A stretch of 64,000 bases of DNA from Octopus sinensis (GCF_006345805.1 NC_043011.1:23696464-23760463); one strand, 5' to 3'. Positions 13,440-26,690 are shown, numbered from the stretch's first letter. Numbers and translations: made by a program. Notes: generated by a model not told the origin, from the letters alone.

Positions 13440-14883
13440 CAGAAATCCTATTGCATTTATATGCACTCACTGCAACTCCCTATAAAACAAACAAGGCTAC
13501 TTCTCAACTAGCACTAGGATTTTGTGACCTGTTGTTTTGGTCTTTCTCATACTTTGGATTTTGCCGTTATCTTCTGTACCATTCTTTTAGAGTTTAAATT
13601 CTGCAGTCTTTATAACTAGTTCTGCAATAAGAAACAGGCTTTGTAAATATTCCTAGATTAGAATGTTGACTGTAAGATTTAAATACTTTTTATGATCCAA
13701 ACACTGCTCCAGCATGGCCACAGCTCGTGAGCTGAAACTAGATAAAATGAAAAAAATTAAAATGGTGTCTTTTTTTTTAAACCATTACTTTAAGTCAGCT
13801 TGTATAGAATTCTTTTGAAACAGTTCCGTAGAACAGCGCTGATACTAATTCCACTTCCCAACACCAAAATGATACATGACCTAAATCCTAAAAAATATTG
13901 ACAAGGTATTTTTTTTTCCATGTTATCTAACATTTTGTGAGCAAAAATGTTGTGGTTATAGTTTTTGATAGGCCAATCACTAGTCCACTGCATTTTAGCA
14001 AGCAAGAGCAACCAGACAGACTTTGTACCTTCAGCAGGATAAATAGTATAAAGTACTCTGTTCAATCATACTGGTTCAGTTTTCTAATACCAATATACAT
14101 TATAAGTAAAGGATACACACATACAAAAGGGTTCTGCAAAGTCAATTTACAAAACTTCACTCACAAGGTATTGTTCAACCCAAAGCTATGGTTGAAGACT
14201 TTTGCCAAGATGCAGATTAGATTAAATGCAGAACCCACATTAATGGAAAAATGAACTTTTTAATCATATGGACATATCTACTTACTATTACTTTTTCAAG
14301 GATCAACTGGATACTAATATAAATAATATATAAATAATATCTAATACATCAGAGTAAACCAATGCAAATATTTTTTCTTCTTTTAAGTTTACTCCAACAT
14401 TCTGTAATCTAATAACATGTTATTCCTTTAAAGAACCTTTTAATTATCATTTATCAAAAAGCAAGAATTATGCTAATGTTTTTATCAAGTTCAATCTTGC
14501 AAAAGGAAATTATGTAACAATCTCTATAATCAAGTAACTAACTACATGATATCACATCATGCATACAAAACAGAGGAAACAGCTAAATTAGTTAATTGCA
14601 TCATACTAACGAGATATCCAACACAGATAAATGATTTCTCTATCATCTAAGAGGAAAGCCCTTTCAAAATCAGAAAGTTATTATCAATTAGCTTTACATT
14701 GTTTAAATGTAAAGATTGCACAAGATCCCACACATCATAATCATAGATTTTATGTCCACTTTTGTACTCACAGTTTTGTTATCAATGGAAGAATAAAACC
14801 ACACTCACATAATGAGCATTAAACTCACAACTTAGCAGTAATGTGAAACTGAGAATACAGAAGAAAATGTTTCGGCATTTTAA

Positions 14884-15104
14884 CTCTTTAGCCTTCAAAC
14901 CAGTGTAATCCAGCTCCAAATATCCTACCTGTTTTATGTCCAAACTAGCTAGATCCAACCTTTCACACATACTTTATAATGTCACTCTAAAAATACACAA
15001 TTACATCATCAAAATCCTGAAACTACAAGACAATGCATGATTAACTGAAAGCAATGTAAATACACAAGCATTATATTTGACAGAGTAACCTGAATGTTAA
15101 AGGG
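14884..15104. mobile_element. piggyBac-like MITE, second family
   Basis: TTAA at 14880-14883 and 15105-15108; termini CTCTTTAGCCTTCA / TGAATGTTAAAGGG. Confidence 0.7.
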
Positions 15105-15689
15105 TTAAACATCAGCTATAGAAGTAATCTAAATAATTATAAACAGATTGACTTAGCCAACCAATTAAGAATGACAGAGGTGGGGGAGTCATGGCCTTCA
15201 AATACATATTATTTTGTCCTTGAGCCAAGTAGAGCTTTCTTTACTTTTCTTAGCAAGAAACCTAGATAAAATGTACAAACATTTCTTTATGATAGAGAGT
15301 AGCTAAGAGTGGGGGAAACAGGTATTCCAAAAGAACATAGAATATCCAAATGTGAATATTTGATCATTGTTCATTGCACCTGCTTAACACATGTTAGCAT
15401 GAGATATAAAAAACAATTTGCGTTCAAAGAAAGAACTATGATTATTAAAGTACATTCAACTGCCATTATGCAAAAGTGTTGTAAGTCCAAAACATTGCTT
15501 TTTCAGAAAATAGCTTCCATTGCAAAACCATTGTATCACACCTTTTGACAATTTTTGATATGTTGGCATCTGAAGTAACTGAAGATACAATAGTTTGATC
15601 AAAAGAACTGGCTATTGCAAGCAAAAATAAATATTGAAAAAAAAAAAAAAAAACACATTTGGCCAAATTTGGACATGCAACAATATATA

Positions 15690-16045
15690 TCATCATATTA
15701 ACATCCACTGTTCCATGCTTGCATAGCTTGAACAGAGTTTATTAAGGCAGATTATTTGTAGCCTGATGCCTTCCCTGTCACCAAATCTCATCAGCTTTCA
15801 GGCATTTTCCCAAAGCCAAACATGGTCTTGCAGAATATTGGAAATGAACGACACTACTTATGACAGTGACACTCATTTACAACTATCACATGACGTAAAG
15901 ACAAGGAGACACAAACCCTCTCTCTCTCTCTCACACACACACACGACAGGCTTCTCTCAGTATCCATCTACCAAATCCACTCACAAGGCTTTGGTCACCC
16001 CAGGGCTATACTGGAAGATATTTGCCAATTCATGCCAACATGGAA
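15690..16045 (-). mobile_element. SINE family F copy
   Basis: RTE-type tail plus F body, joined through (CT)(CA)n to a family-A-type head. Confidence 0.75.
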
Positions 16046-16087
16046 AAACAGGTATAAAATAATGATTTTATATATACATATCTATAT

Positions 16088-17000
16088 ATCCCATAAGTTC
16101 TGTCCGATTTTACCTTTTTTAAAATTGAATGAAATTTAATAATATTTTATAATGTCTAATGGAATTAAAAATTATTTTTATGCATTTGTGTACATTTAAA
16201 CTAATTAAATATTATTTTACAGACTAATAGAATTAAAATTTCTTCGATTAAAACCCTTTCTAACATGGAAGTAACCAAAGAGCATTTAAGGCACATAATG
16301 CTTTATGAGTACAGAAAAGGAAACTCTGCAGCCAAAGTGACTTGAAACATGCACTCAGTTTATGGGAAAGAATGCTTGAATGAAAGAACTTGCAAAAGAT
16401 GGTTTGCAAAATTCAGAAGTGGAGATTTCAGCCTTGAAGATGAAGATCGAACAGGACGTCCAGTTGAGTTTCATGATAAGCTCCTTGAAGCATTATCAGT
16501 TGATAAGGAAAGGTTCCTAAACTTGGAAAATGGGTGCCTCATGAATTGTCTGAAAGCAACCGCAAATCCCGAGTTGACATCTACTCTTCTCGCCATTCTC
16601 GCGAACTCATTTCGCCCTTTTTGGATAGACTTGTGACTAGTGACGAAATATAGATCTTCTATCGAAATGTTGAACATCGTAAACAGTGGCTTGGTAAAAG
16701 GAAAAAAAGCTCAACCACAACCGAGAAGGAAAAGGGGTTTTCTCTCTATCTGGTGGGATTGCAAAGGAGTAATTCACTTTGAGTTGTTACCACCTAATGC
16801 AACAATCAATGCTCAAGTCTACTGTCAGCAATTAAAGCGTTTGAACCAAAAAGTAGAAGTAAAAAAGACCCACTTTAGTGAATCGAAAAGGAATGATGTT
16901 TCATCAGGACAATGCACGACCCCACACTGCAAAGATCACATCACAGAAGATCAAAGAGCTTATTTGGGAAAAAAATTCCTCATCCACCTTAAAAAATCCA
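16088..17000 (+). pseudogene. Decayed mariner transposase element
   Basis: ATG at 16265 (MEVTKEHLRHIMLYEYRKGNSAAK); WFAKFRSGDFSLEDEDRTGRP, GKWVPHEL, LVTSDE and IWWDCKGVIHFELLP motifs, with stops, frameshifts and an internal deletion. Confidence 0.9.
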
Positions 17001-17217
17001 TAATGTATGCAATACATTAGTGAAATGCTTGCTGCAATTGTGGCACTTAAAACATTTTGAATCCCAATTTAACCCTAATTGATTTACAATATGATTTGAA
17101 TGATGCATAAGCTTCCCAAACAAAATTAGACCAAAGAACTTTAGCCTTCAGATGAGAAGAAAAACGTTGGGTGATATGCCATGCTTGAGAAGACCCATCA
17201 AGCCAAGTGAAATCATA

Positions 17218-17540
17218 GTCATGGCTGATGCCAGTGTCGCGTAACTGGCACTCATGCCGGTGGCATGTAGAAAGCACCATTTGAACGTTGGGCGTCACAG
17301 AGGCAGTGACAAGTGACTGAGACCTTTGGTGATATGCATACCTGGCACCCATGCTGGTAGCAAGTAAAAACCATTCATTACACTCTCAGAGTGGTTGGAG
17401 TTAGGAAGAGCATCCAGCAGTAGAAACCATGCCAAATCAGATTGGAGCCTGGTGCAGCTCCCCAGCTAACCAGTTTTCAGTCAAACCGTCCAGCCCATGC
17501 CATCATGGAAAATGGACATTAAATGACGATGATGATGGAT
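17218..17540 (+). mobile_element. Repeat family B (GGAAGGGCATCC motif, RTE-type TGA tail)
   Basis: GTGGCATGTAGAAAGCACC subrepeats; GTTAGGAAGAGCATCCAGC; CCATGCC..ATGGAAAATGGACATTAAATGACGATGATG. Confidence 0.8.
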
Positions 17541-18379
17541 AGCAGCTCATCTTCATCAGAAAAGAAACAAATTATCCAATGATAATATATACTGAATTAT
17601 ACTAAAATATATCTTTTACCTAACGGCTGTCCAGTGTAAAAATAGTCCCTAAACTGAGGGACATGCTCCTTGAAGATGACACCCAAAATAATTATATTTT
17701 GAAAACTAAAAGTAAACTGATGTTGATACCTAATGTATTATAATATAAAATTGAGATGTTAAATCATATATCTGATAATTAGAGTGAAATAATTCTGCCT
17801 GGATTTTAACTTGCAGATTAGAGGACAATGTTTATGGCTAAATACATTTAGTACTGGATGCCAGAGGGAATCAGTAGATTAAAATAGAGTGTAGCTCAAT
17901 AGATTCAGAGTGATGATTGTAAACAATGATATAAAATACAAGACTTATAGTGTATGGGTCATAAGATTATATTTTACAGCAAGACTTTTATAGTGCTCTT
18001 GATGTCACTTACTTTCGGAACCGGAATAATAACCTAATTTGTTGCAGGAAAATAAAAACAGCAACACTGTATAATAATTAGCTCACTGTTCAGCTATGTC
18101 CTTATCTCTTGTTTCACAGATAATTCATCAGCCACTTAGTGCTAGCCACATAAGATATTGTCTACTAGAGTAAACTGGCCCGCTTTGGGTCACTATTTGT
18201 GACAAGGATTAACCCTACAAATATGAACATGAAAAATTCAAAACAGCTAACTAAGATTTTAATGTAAATTATATAATATAAGCACAAATTTGAGGAAGAA
18301 CAAAGTGCAACAGGCTCACAGACTATTTCCATCTCAAATTAATGCTATAAATTTTTTTTTTTATTTGGCAGCATCCGTG

Positions 18380-19330
18380 ATGATAATTGCAGACTCTTCT
18401 AGACAAGCAAGGTTGACACAGGTGATATTCAGTATGAATTTTGTATGGCAACATCTATAGTGAAAACGTGGGTGAGTCAGGTTTTGGAGAGGGTTGCAGC
18501 TGAGAAGAGAGTTAGAGTAAGATGTTTAATGATGGGTTTCAGAGGATGTTCAGAAAAGAGATGGGTGTGTTACGAAAGAATAGAAAGCAGAGCTATGGCT
18601 ATGATGAAAGAGACTAGGTTGTAAATGAAGGATTTTTTTTTACCAAGTTTTCTTTCACAGAAACAGTATATATTTTACAGGTGATCTATCAGATGACATT
18701 ACATGTGAACCATTAGGGAGGAATTAAAAGTAGTTTATTCTGCACATGTGTAAGAGAGGATTAGAAAACAGCAAAAGGATTGTTAATGTACACATGGAAG
18801 GATAGATGTGGAGACAACAAAATCTTGGAGCAACCAGCATTGATAACATATGAGATGGAGAAAGCTCCATCAATACACATTGTAATGGAAACTTACATAG
18901 AGGAAGAGTTGAGCAACAAATGGATTGCACAAGGAGGTAACTCATCAAGTGGATTCTAATGCAAGACATGGTCAAAGGCTTTGAGGATATCAAAGATGAA
19001 TGCATTGCTTTTACCAAAAGAGTTAAGACTAAGAGAACTGCTGGTGTGTGACAGATGAGGACATGTCTGGTGGATACTAGTCAACAGAAACTATTGATGG
19101 TCATTGATAAGATAAAAAGGTTGGGAAAGAGTGAAGATCCTGAAAAGTATTTGGAATACAATGTTTGGAAATAATTCTGAGCACAGTTTGTGTGTTAGCT
19201 TAAAATGATTAGAGAAAATTTACACTCAACACTTGCCTGTAAGGCATGATGAGACAGTTGGAACGGAGGATAAATTTGAGGAAAGCTCAAGAGTTTTTGT
19301 GTGTGTGAGAGAGAGAAAGTGAGAGTATAT
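18380..19330 (-). mobile_element. Decayed CR1/Jockey-like LINE reverse transcriptase remnant
   Basis: Minus-strand AFIFDILKAFDHVLH (cf. LDISKAFDRVWH) and VINAGCSKILLSPHLS..YINN (cf. INAGVPQGSVLSPTLF..YIND). Confidence 0.75.
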
Positions 19331-20249
19331 GTATTCATTGTAGTTGGTTAAAAAGTGAGTAGAAATCCTCCAGGCAAAGTACCAAAAGCTTAGGCTGTTA
19401 GCAATGATATGAACTCCAGGTCAGCCCTGATCAAATAGATCTATGATTAAATGTGTCCAGGTTTTAACTATCCAGGATTATATTACTTTTCCCTAAATCA
19501 GTAGAATGTGATCTGGAGGGAGAATTGGCTACTATATCTAACAGGTTTAGTAACCATGAGAGATTCCTTAGTTGCTTTGGTTGTCTAAGCGATATAGAGG
19601 ATGATGAACAGTAATTTTGACTTTCCCAGAAATAGGTCAATCCCTGACCCTCACAGCCTATTAGATCTTCCGAATAAGGTTGACAACTAGCAATTGATTC
19701 AGTTAAAATTATTTAGATATTTCTTCTTGTTACCTTTTCTTCCACTGCATTTCTCACAATATTTATAAGGCAACATAAGTAATCAAGAATGACACTATCT
19801 TTCATTGTTTCATGGCCAAATATCTGAAGAATGTCACTGGTAGATATCGTCTGGTCAAGAACTTCTCACCCACAAAGAATACAAGGCTAGAGAATGTGAC
19901 TAGAGGAAAAGTTTACTTTCCTCAGTTTACTTAGCCAAAAGAATAGACACCAGTTTACTTGTGATAAACTTGTGTCCTACAATACCTGTCCCACCACCGC
20001 AACAACAAAGTTTGCTTGTGATATTACCCCACTTCTTGTAATAGAAAGATCTAATACCTGCTCTATATATTATTGTACTTTTTTTTTTTTAAATGGGGTA
20101 TTTTGTTTTTTTTTCCCATACGTCTGGATAAGCAAACATTATGCTAATAAATTCACAGTGAATGGCTTCTGACAACACATGCTGTCACACCTAACATTTA
20201 GTATTATTACTTCCATTTCATTTATTACTATTCTAAGTCGCTTGACAAT

Positions 20250-20655
20250 CATCATCATCATCATCATTTAACATCTGCTTTTCCATAGATTGGACAGAGT
20301 TTTTATTTGAGACAGACTTTCTATAGCTGATTGAATGCTTTCCTGTCACCAAACCTCTATTTGCAAGCAAGATAACATTTCCCCATGACCAGGAATGTTC
20401 TCGTAGAATACTGAAAACGAATGACACTGCTAGTATGACAGTGATACTCATACAAGCAGTGATGTCAAAACCAAGGCATGCACATGCACACACATATGAT
20501 GAGCTTCTTTCAGTTTCTGTCTCCTTAATCCATTCTCAAAGGCTTTGATCGGCTGAGGGGTATAAGTGAAGTCACTTGTCCAGAATACCAGTAGGAGTGA
20601 ACTCAAAACTATGTGATTGGGAAGCAAACTTCTTACCACACAGCCATGCCTGTTT
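20250..20655 (-). mobile_element. SINE family F, full-length decayed copy
   Basis: (CAT)n tail, F body, family-A-type head ending CTTACCACACAGCCATGCC. Confidence 0.8.
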
Positions 20656-20814
20656 TCATTATTATCTAATACAAAAAACAAAAAAGTGTTTTTAACCCTA
20701 TAAAGTCAAAAAGAATTCAAAGAGAAATCCTGGAGAGAAATTAATGGGACATTTTTGTCCATTAATCCATTAATCATTAGAAATGCAGCAATCTTTGGTA
20801 ACATGAAAAGGTCA

Positions 20815-21730
20815 ACAATAATGATTTCTAGCTTTGGCTGAAAGCCACAAATTGTAAAATATGGATGTAGTTAAGAAAATAACCAGCCTATTATTTTGAC
20901 ACTTATTTATCAACTTCAGAAGGATAAAAGGTAATTTGAACTCAGTAGAGGAATGTAACTGAACATTCCTCCAGCCACTCCAACCAATAATAATTCTAAT
21001 ATAAGCACAAAGCCTGAATTTTGTTGGGAGGAGGCTAGCTCATAACACCGACCCCAGTACTTGACTGGTACTTAATGTAAAGTGAAGAATTAGCTAGAAA
21101 GAATTTTATTCAATACCAATAATAATAATTTAGGCACAAGCCCAGCAACTTTACGGGATGGGAATTAGTCAGTACCATGACTGGAACTTTATACTACTGA
21201 ACCCCATGGAGAAAAAAAGGCAAAGTTGACCATGGCATGATTTGAACTCAGAACATAAAAAGCCATAACAAATAACACAAAGCCTTTTTGTCTGATGCTC
21301 TAGTAATTCTCCTGATCCAATGCCCTTCTGACACCACTTTAACTGTTTCTAATTTAAGCACAAGGTGTGAAATTTGGTGACAGTTGGTTACATCAACCCT
21401 AGTACTTGGCTGGTACTGTATTATATCAGCCCCAGGGAGATGAAAGGCAAAATGACCTTGGCAAGAACTGAACTCAGAACATAAAAAGCTGGAAGAAATA
21501 CAAGTCTGAAATGCAAACAATTCTGTCAAACCAATTCTCTTCTGACATCAATAAGATGAATAAGAATAATGATAATTTCTAACAAAATCACAGGACTGAA
21601 AATTTTCCAAGGTGGGAAAAATATGTACTGGGTTTGATATAAGCAAACCTAGTACTTATTTTAATGATGTGGAAGAATAAAAGATACTGTTAATACTCAA
21701 TGGGATTTGAACTCAGAACATAAATTTTAG
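20815..21730 (-). repeat. Head-to-tail run of about five decayed family-C SINE fragments
   Basis: Recurrent TTTGAACTCAGAACATAAA and AGTAC..GACTGGTACTT motifs roughly every 200 bp, all in the same orientation. Confidence 0.65.
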
Positions 21731-21994
21731 ATAACTTATGTAATCCATTGAAGCCTAATTGTATCTTCTATTTCCATTCTGGTATATGAGGATCAAGTTT
21801 CCAATTTTTTTTTTTACTTAGAGGTTAATCAGATAAAAGAATACTGCCTATAATCATTTCAAGTCTTCTTAGACTGGGTAAGGGGAATAATATGATGATG
21901 CTAATTCGGTCAGTGTTTACTTTTAATGTCTGCAGATGAGTGGAAAGTATGGATTATAAAGAAACTCTAGGAAAAAAGTGAAGAGGCAGGATCA

Positions 21995-22405
21995 TCATCA
22001 TGACATGGGTTTGACTGAAACTGGTAAACTGGTGAGCTGCACCAGCTCTAGTCTATTTTGGTTTGGTTTCTATGGCTTGATGCCCTTCCTAACACCAACC
22101 GCTCTACAGAGTGTACCAGGTGCCTTTAACGCGCCACCAGCATGAGTGCCATCTGCATGTTACCGGCATGGGTGCATTCCGCATGTCACAGACATGAGTG
22201 CCTTCTACATGTCACCAGCATGGGTGCCTTCCACATGTCACAGACATGAGTGCCTTCCGCATGTCACCAGCATGGGTGCCTTCCGCATGTCACTAGCATG
22301 GATGCCTTCCGCATGTCACCAGCATAGGTGCCTTCCATGTATCGCCATCATGGGTGCATTCCATGTCACCAGCTGTTTTCTACACGCCACCAGCACTGGC
22401 CACAA
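21995..22405 (-). mobile_element. Repeat family B with an internal 26-bp minisatellite
   Basis: B tail at about 22000-22135, then about nine or ten units of CACCAGCATGGGTGCCTTCCGCATGT. Confidence 0.85.
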
Positions 22406-22489
22406 CTACAATTTGGGTAAAAGTATTCACTAGTCTGATGGAAGTAATATTTTGTGGGTAAGGAATAAAAGAAGAAACTGTTATTCATT

Positions 22490-23005
22490 GTGTCCAATGT
22501 CTATTATTTGTCCCCATGTCTGATAATTTGTCATACTCCTTTCACACTTTCACAAACCTACCTATCCTGTCCACCCACCCTTTCTGGTCCTCTATCTCTA
22601 CTCTCTTGCTCATATTCACTTTGTACCTTGAGGCTGCACCCTTACCATTTCTCTCTCTCTTCTCTCTCTCTCTCTCCAGCTGGAGAAGCTATATATTTTT
22701 GTCTTCAGTAAGACCTCTTCCCGTCCCTTTGTGATACTTTCACCTCCATTAATACCATACTACACTCAGTTGACGAGAGGAATTGGTCTTGTCTTCTAAG
22801 TGCTTGGTGACCTTGCTAGTGTTGGAATCACATAAAAAAACGCCCAGTTCACTCTGTAAAGTGGTTGATGTTAGGAAGAGTATCCAGCAGAAGAAACCAT
22901 GTCAAAACAGACATTGGAGCTCAGTGCAAGTCATCTGGCTCATCAGTTCCTGTTGAACTGTCCAACCCATGCTAGCATGGAAAGAGGGATGATGATGATG
23001 ATGAT
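22490..23005 (+). mobile_element. RTE LINE 3' UTR remnant with B-type tail
   Basis: Pyrimidine-rich tract, then GTTAGGAAGAGTATCCAGC..CCAACCCATGCTAGCATGGAAAG(ATG)n; similar to the reverse complement of 25850-26520. Confidence 0.65.
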
Positions 23006-24096
23006 GTATGGACAGCCAGTTCAGGACAGTTTTGTAGCAGAGTAGAAAAAATAACAAACACAGCAGAACAAAGGGTTAATTTTTAGAAAACATTTGTGAG
23101 TCTGCAAGTACAAACACACTGTCGAATCACTACACATTTTTCTCGGTAAATATTGATTATATATTATAAGCACACACCATTTCGACTGTCATCCATTAAC
23201 ACTCCAACAAAAAGCTCTGATATCCAGCAAAAGCCAAAGGATTTAAAGAGGCAGTCTCTACATGGTTACTTTACCAACTAGAAATCGCAGCCAAGTCTCT
23301 TTTACATCATATCCTGCCATCTTAAAAGGATATAGTGCTAGATATATACAAAACGACAGGATGGTCATGGTTGGAATGCCTTTGATCACAGAGCCAAATT
23401 TTAACACCCAGCCTTCCCCATAATATTTTATTTTTGATATTACTAATATCTTATGTTTGATAGACAAGACACACCCTATCCATACATTTCTAGTTGCTGT
23501 AACTCTTTCGCATTTATTACTCATGCTCCATATTTATGATATAACATTGGCCATGCATTTATGTAGACTGCTTTTTATCTAGACAGAGAAACTATTTTCA
23601 TGTAACAGATATATAAATTTCCCTCCATGTGTACTCTAGTCACAATACATTCACTAGAGTCCTCTCCAACATCTATTATATTATTTAAGTGGCATAACAC
23701 ATACTTTCATGCAAAAAAAAAAAAAAAAAAAAAAAAAAGGAGCTGTTTAGAATCATTTCAAGGTCATTTTCATAGTTAACTAGTCCACAATATCAAGTGC
23801 ACTAAAAGTTTCTGGTTCCCCATCAATCTACTACTTTTGTGTAGTACTGAATTTCTTATTCCTTTCAAGCATATTGAATAAAGCCACTTCTCAGACACCA
23901 TCAGGATGCAATATCCCCCAATATTTCCAGGAGATATGGCAATTTGCTGTACTTGATACAAGCTAAGTAAAACTGCTGTCTTCTACACATACAGGCTTGT
24001 CCTTTCAGGTGCTGGTACCACTTAAAAAGCACCCATGCCAGTGGCATGTGAAAAGTACCTAGCATACTCTGCTAAATGGTTGGCATTAGGAAAGGC

Positions 24097-24325
24097 AGTG
24101 AGCTGGCAGAATTGTTAGCACGCCAGGCGAAATGCTTAGAGGTATTTCGTCTGCCGTTACATTCTGAGTTCAAATTCCGCCGAGGTTGACATTGCCTTTC
24201 ATCCTTTCAGGGTCGATAAATTAAGTACCACTTATGCACTAGGTTTGATGTAATCGACTTAATCCATTTGTCTGTCCTTGTTTGTCCCCTCTGTGTTTAG
24301 CCCCTTGTGGGCAATAAAGAAATAA
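24097..24325 (+). mobile_element. tRNA-derived SINE family C nested inside a family-B repeat (24005-24437)
   Basis: GAGCTGGCAGAATTGTTAGC..GAGTTCAAATTCCGCCGAGG..GCCTTTCATCCTTTC; B sequence resumes after its AAGAAATAAG tail. Confidence 0.85.
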
Positions 24326-25254
24326 GAAACCATGCCTCAACAGACAGCTGAAATCTGGTTAGCTCCCTGCTAGCCAGCTCCATGTCAAACCATCCAACCC
24401 ATGCCAGCATGGAAAGCAGATGTTAAACAATGATGATTTCAAGTTTTTAGCCTTTGTCGTGACAATGTTTTAGGTCCTTTTCTGCAATTCAACACTAGAT
24501 TTCTCAATGAGGACCATGTTGCAGATGATAGGCAATAGAATGCTCGCTAAATTCACTGTATCATTGCTATCCTGTCACTCACTCCCTTTATATACCTTAA
24601 ACAAAAGGAGGTCATGTATAGACATGGCCTGCTCAAACTCAAACGCCATATCCTAATTCTCCTGTAATCACTTCAGGACTCTTTTTCATTTCCATTACTT
24701 ACCCCATCTAATGTAATTTCCCACTCCCATTATTGCAATCTCTTTACACCTGCAACAGAAGTTAATGGTGATGATGATTTGTACCAGTCACTGCTGACAA
24801 CAGCATCATGCACACCCTAATTAACTAAGGGATTAATATCATTTTGCATGACAAGAAAATTTTTCAATTCTATATTGCCTTTATTCATGGTTAGACAAGT
24901 CACTTTCTCTACAGCATAATGAACAATGTCTCTTCCAGATGGAGTCTGTCTTAGAAGAAAGAGTCAAGTAATAAGAAGTAGAGATGTCGAAGCTAGCCAA
25001 ATAAGCAACCAATCCTGCAAGAGTAGGATAAATGGTGATATTTTCAAAATGATTGCTTTCCCTCTAATGAAGAAAATACACAGTAATTAACATAAATAAA
25101 ATAGTAAAGAGTGAAAGACAATAATGAAGAGATGAAGAAAGTGATGGGAATAGTGAGAAAAAAATCATGGAAGAAGACAAGACTTAGCTGTGAGCTTTTC
25201 TCAAAAGGCCCTAAGGCAACTGGAATAGTTTCACAGTTAGTGTTTATATACAGG

Positions 25255-25830
25255 TGCAGGCATGGCTGTGTGGTAAGAAGTTTGCTTCACAACCACATGG
25301 CTTTGGATTCAGTCCCACTGTGTGACACACTGGGCAAGTTTTGTCTATGATAGCCCTGAACCAGTCACAGCTTTGTGAGTGGATTTAGCAAATAGAAACT
25401 TAAAGAAGCCCAACAGATTTTTGTTGTTTGTGTGTGTGTGTGTGTGTATTACAGGTAAGTTCATTGCCATCAATTCTCTGAGGAAAGTCCACCATGAGCT
25501 AAGATTACCGAGAAAATATATCCACAGTATCCCACCATTAACAGCTAAAAACTAATTTATAAAAAAAAACAGTGAATTGATGACAGCGAACTTACTACAC
25601 ACGGTGTGTGTGTGTGTGTGCGTGTGTTACTGTCTGCTTGCTTTGACATCATGTGATAGTTGTGTCTTCATTTCCAATCTTCCATGAAAACATGTCGGGT
25701 CATAGAGAACAATCACCTTACTTGGAAGCAGGTGAATGTTAGTGACAGGTAAGGGATCTTGCTATAAAAATCTGCCTCAAGAAATTCCATCCAACCCTTG
25801 CAAGCATGCACCAGTGGATGATTGGTGGTG
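25255..25830 (+). mobile_element. SINE family F interrupted by a 141-bp MITE (25455-25595)
   Basis: A-type head, (GT)n, inverted termini GTAAGTTCATTGCCATCAATTC / GAATTGATGACAGCGAACTTAC, (GT)n, F body. Confidence 0.75.
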
Positions 25831-25849
25831 GTGTGCATGTCTATCATCA

Positions 25850-26690
25850 TCATCATCATCATAATGTCTGTCTTCCGTGCCGGTATGGGTTGGAAGTCTG
25901 ACAAGAGCAGGTAAGTCACAGGACTGTGCCAAGCTCTACTGTCTGCCTTGGCATGGTTTTTACGGCTGGATGCCCTTCCTAAAACCAAGCACTTTACAGA
26001 GTGAACTGGGTGCTTTTTTACATGGGCTGTTGCACCAGTGAGGTAACCAAATAACTTGCAAGATGAAAATCCCCCAATTGAGCCGAGGAGAAGTATTGAT
26101 GGAGGTGGCCTTAAGCTGGGTAATGAGAGGTATGACAGAGAGTCAGAAACAGGTGTCTTGTAGAAGAGATAGAAGGTTACCTCAGTCAGAGAGATAGAGT
26201 GAGAGAGAAGGTGGCAATGTGTTAGGGCATACTCTCAAGGTACAAGGATGTGAATATAAATGGAATGGTAGAGGATTCTCCATGGCGATTGAGTAGGGAG
26301 TTCACAAAAGTGCAAAAGGGGGAGAAGGAAAGGAAAATGGAGATAACAGTGAGAGATGAAACAGAGGTATATAAAGGGAGTGAGTGACAGGATAGCAATG
26401 ATACAGTAAGGGAAGGACAGAAGGGAGAGAGATGACAGAGCAGTGTTAGGCTGCAGAAGTGGAGAGGGAGAGATAAGCATAATGCATGAAGATATTATAG
26501 CTTGCTTCACTGGGGTAGAGTGTATGAATTAATGTTAAATGTGGGTGGAATACACAGTACTTCCAGAGCTCAGTTTCGCTGAGGTGGGCAGGTCTTCTCT
26601 ATAGCCTCATACTGCACACTGCCAGACATCTTGGCTCATTGTCATCTCTTCCTTGAAGCCCAGCATCTTGAGATCAGCCCTCACTACTTC
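25850..26690 (-). mobile_element. RTE LINE 3' end (ORF2 C-terminus, 3' UTR, B-type tail)
   Basis: Minus-strand EVVRADLKMLGFKEEMTMSQDVW at 26690-26600 resembles an RTE C-terminus; ends in (ATG)n. Confidence 0.7.

Noticed and set aside
9713-17020. Functional mariner transposase (ORFs 9713-10003, 16349-16636, 16640-17020)
   Set aside because: Fragmented by stops, frameshifts and deletions; no complete DD34D catalytic triad.
22135-22380. CRISPR-like regular array
   Set aside because: Units are contiguous with no unique spacers, in a eukaryotic retroposon with no cas genes.
23258-23524. 88-aa minus ORF as an exon of the main gene
   Set aside because: No convincing acceptor and donor pair in frame, and no recognisable motif.
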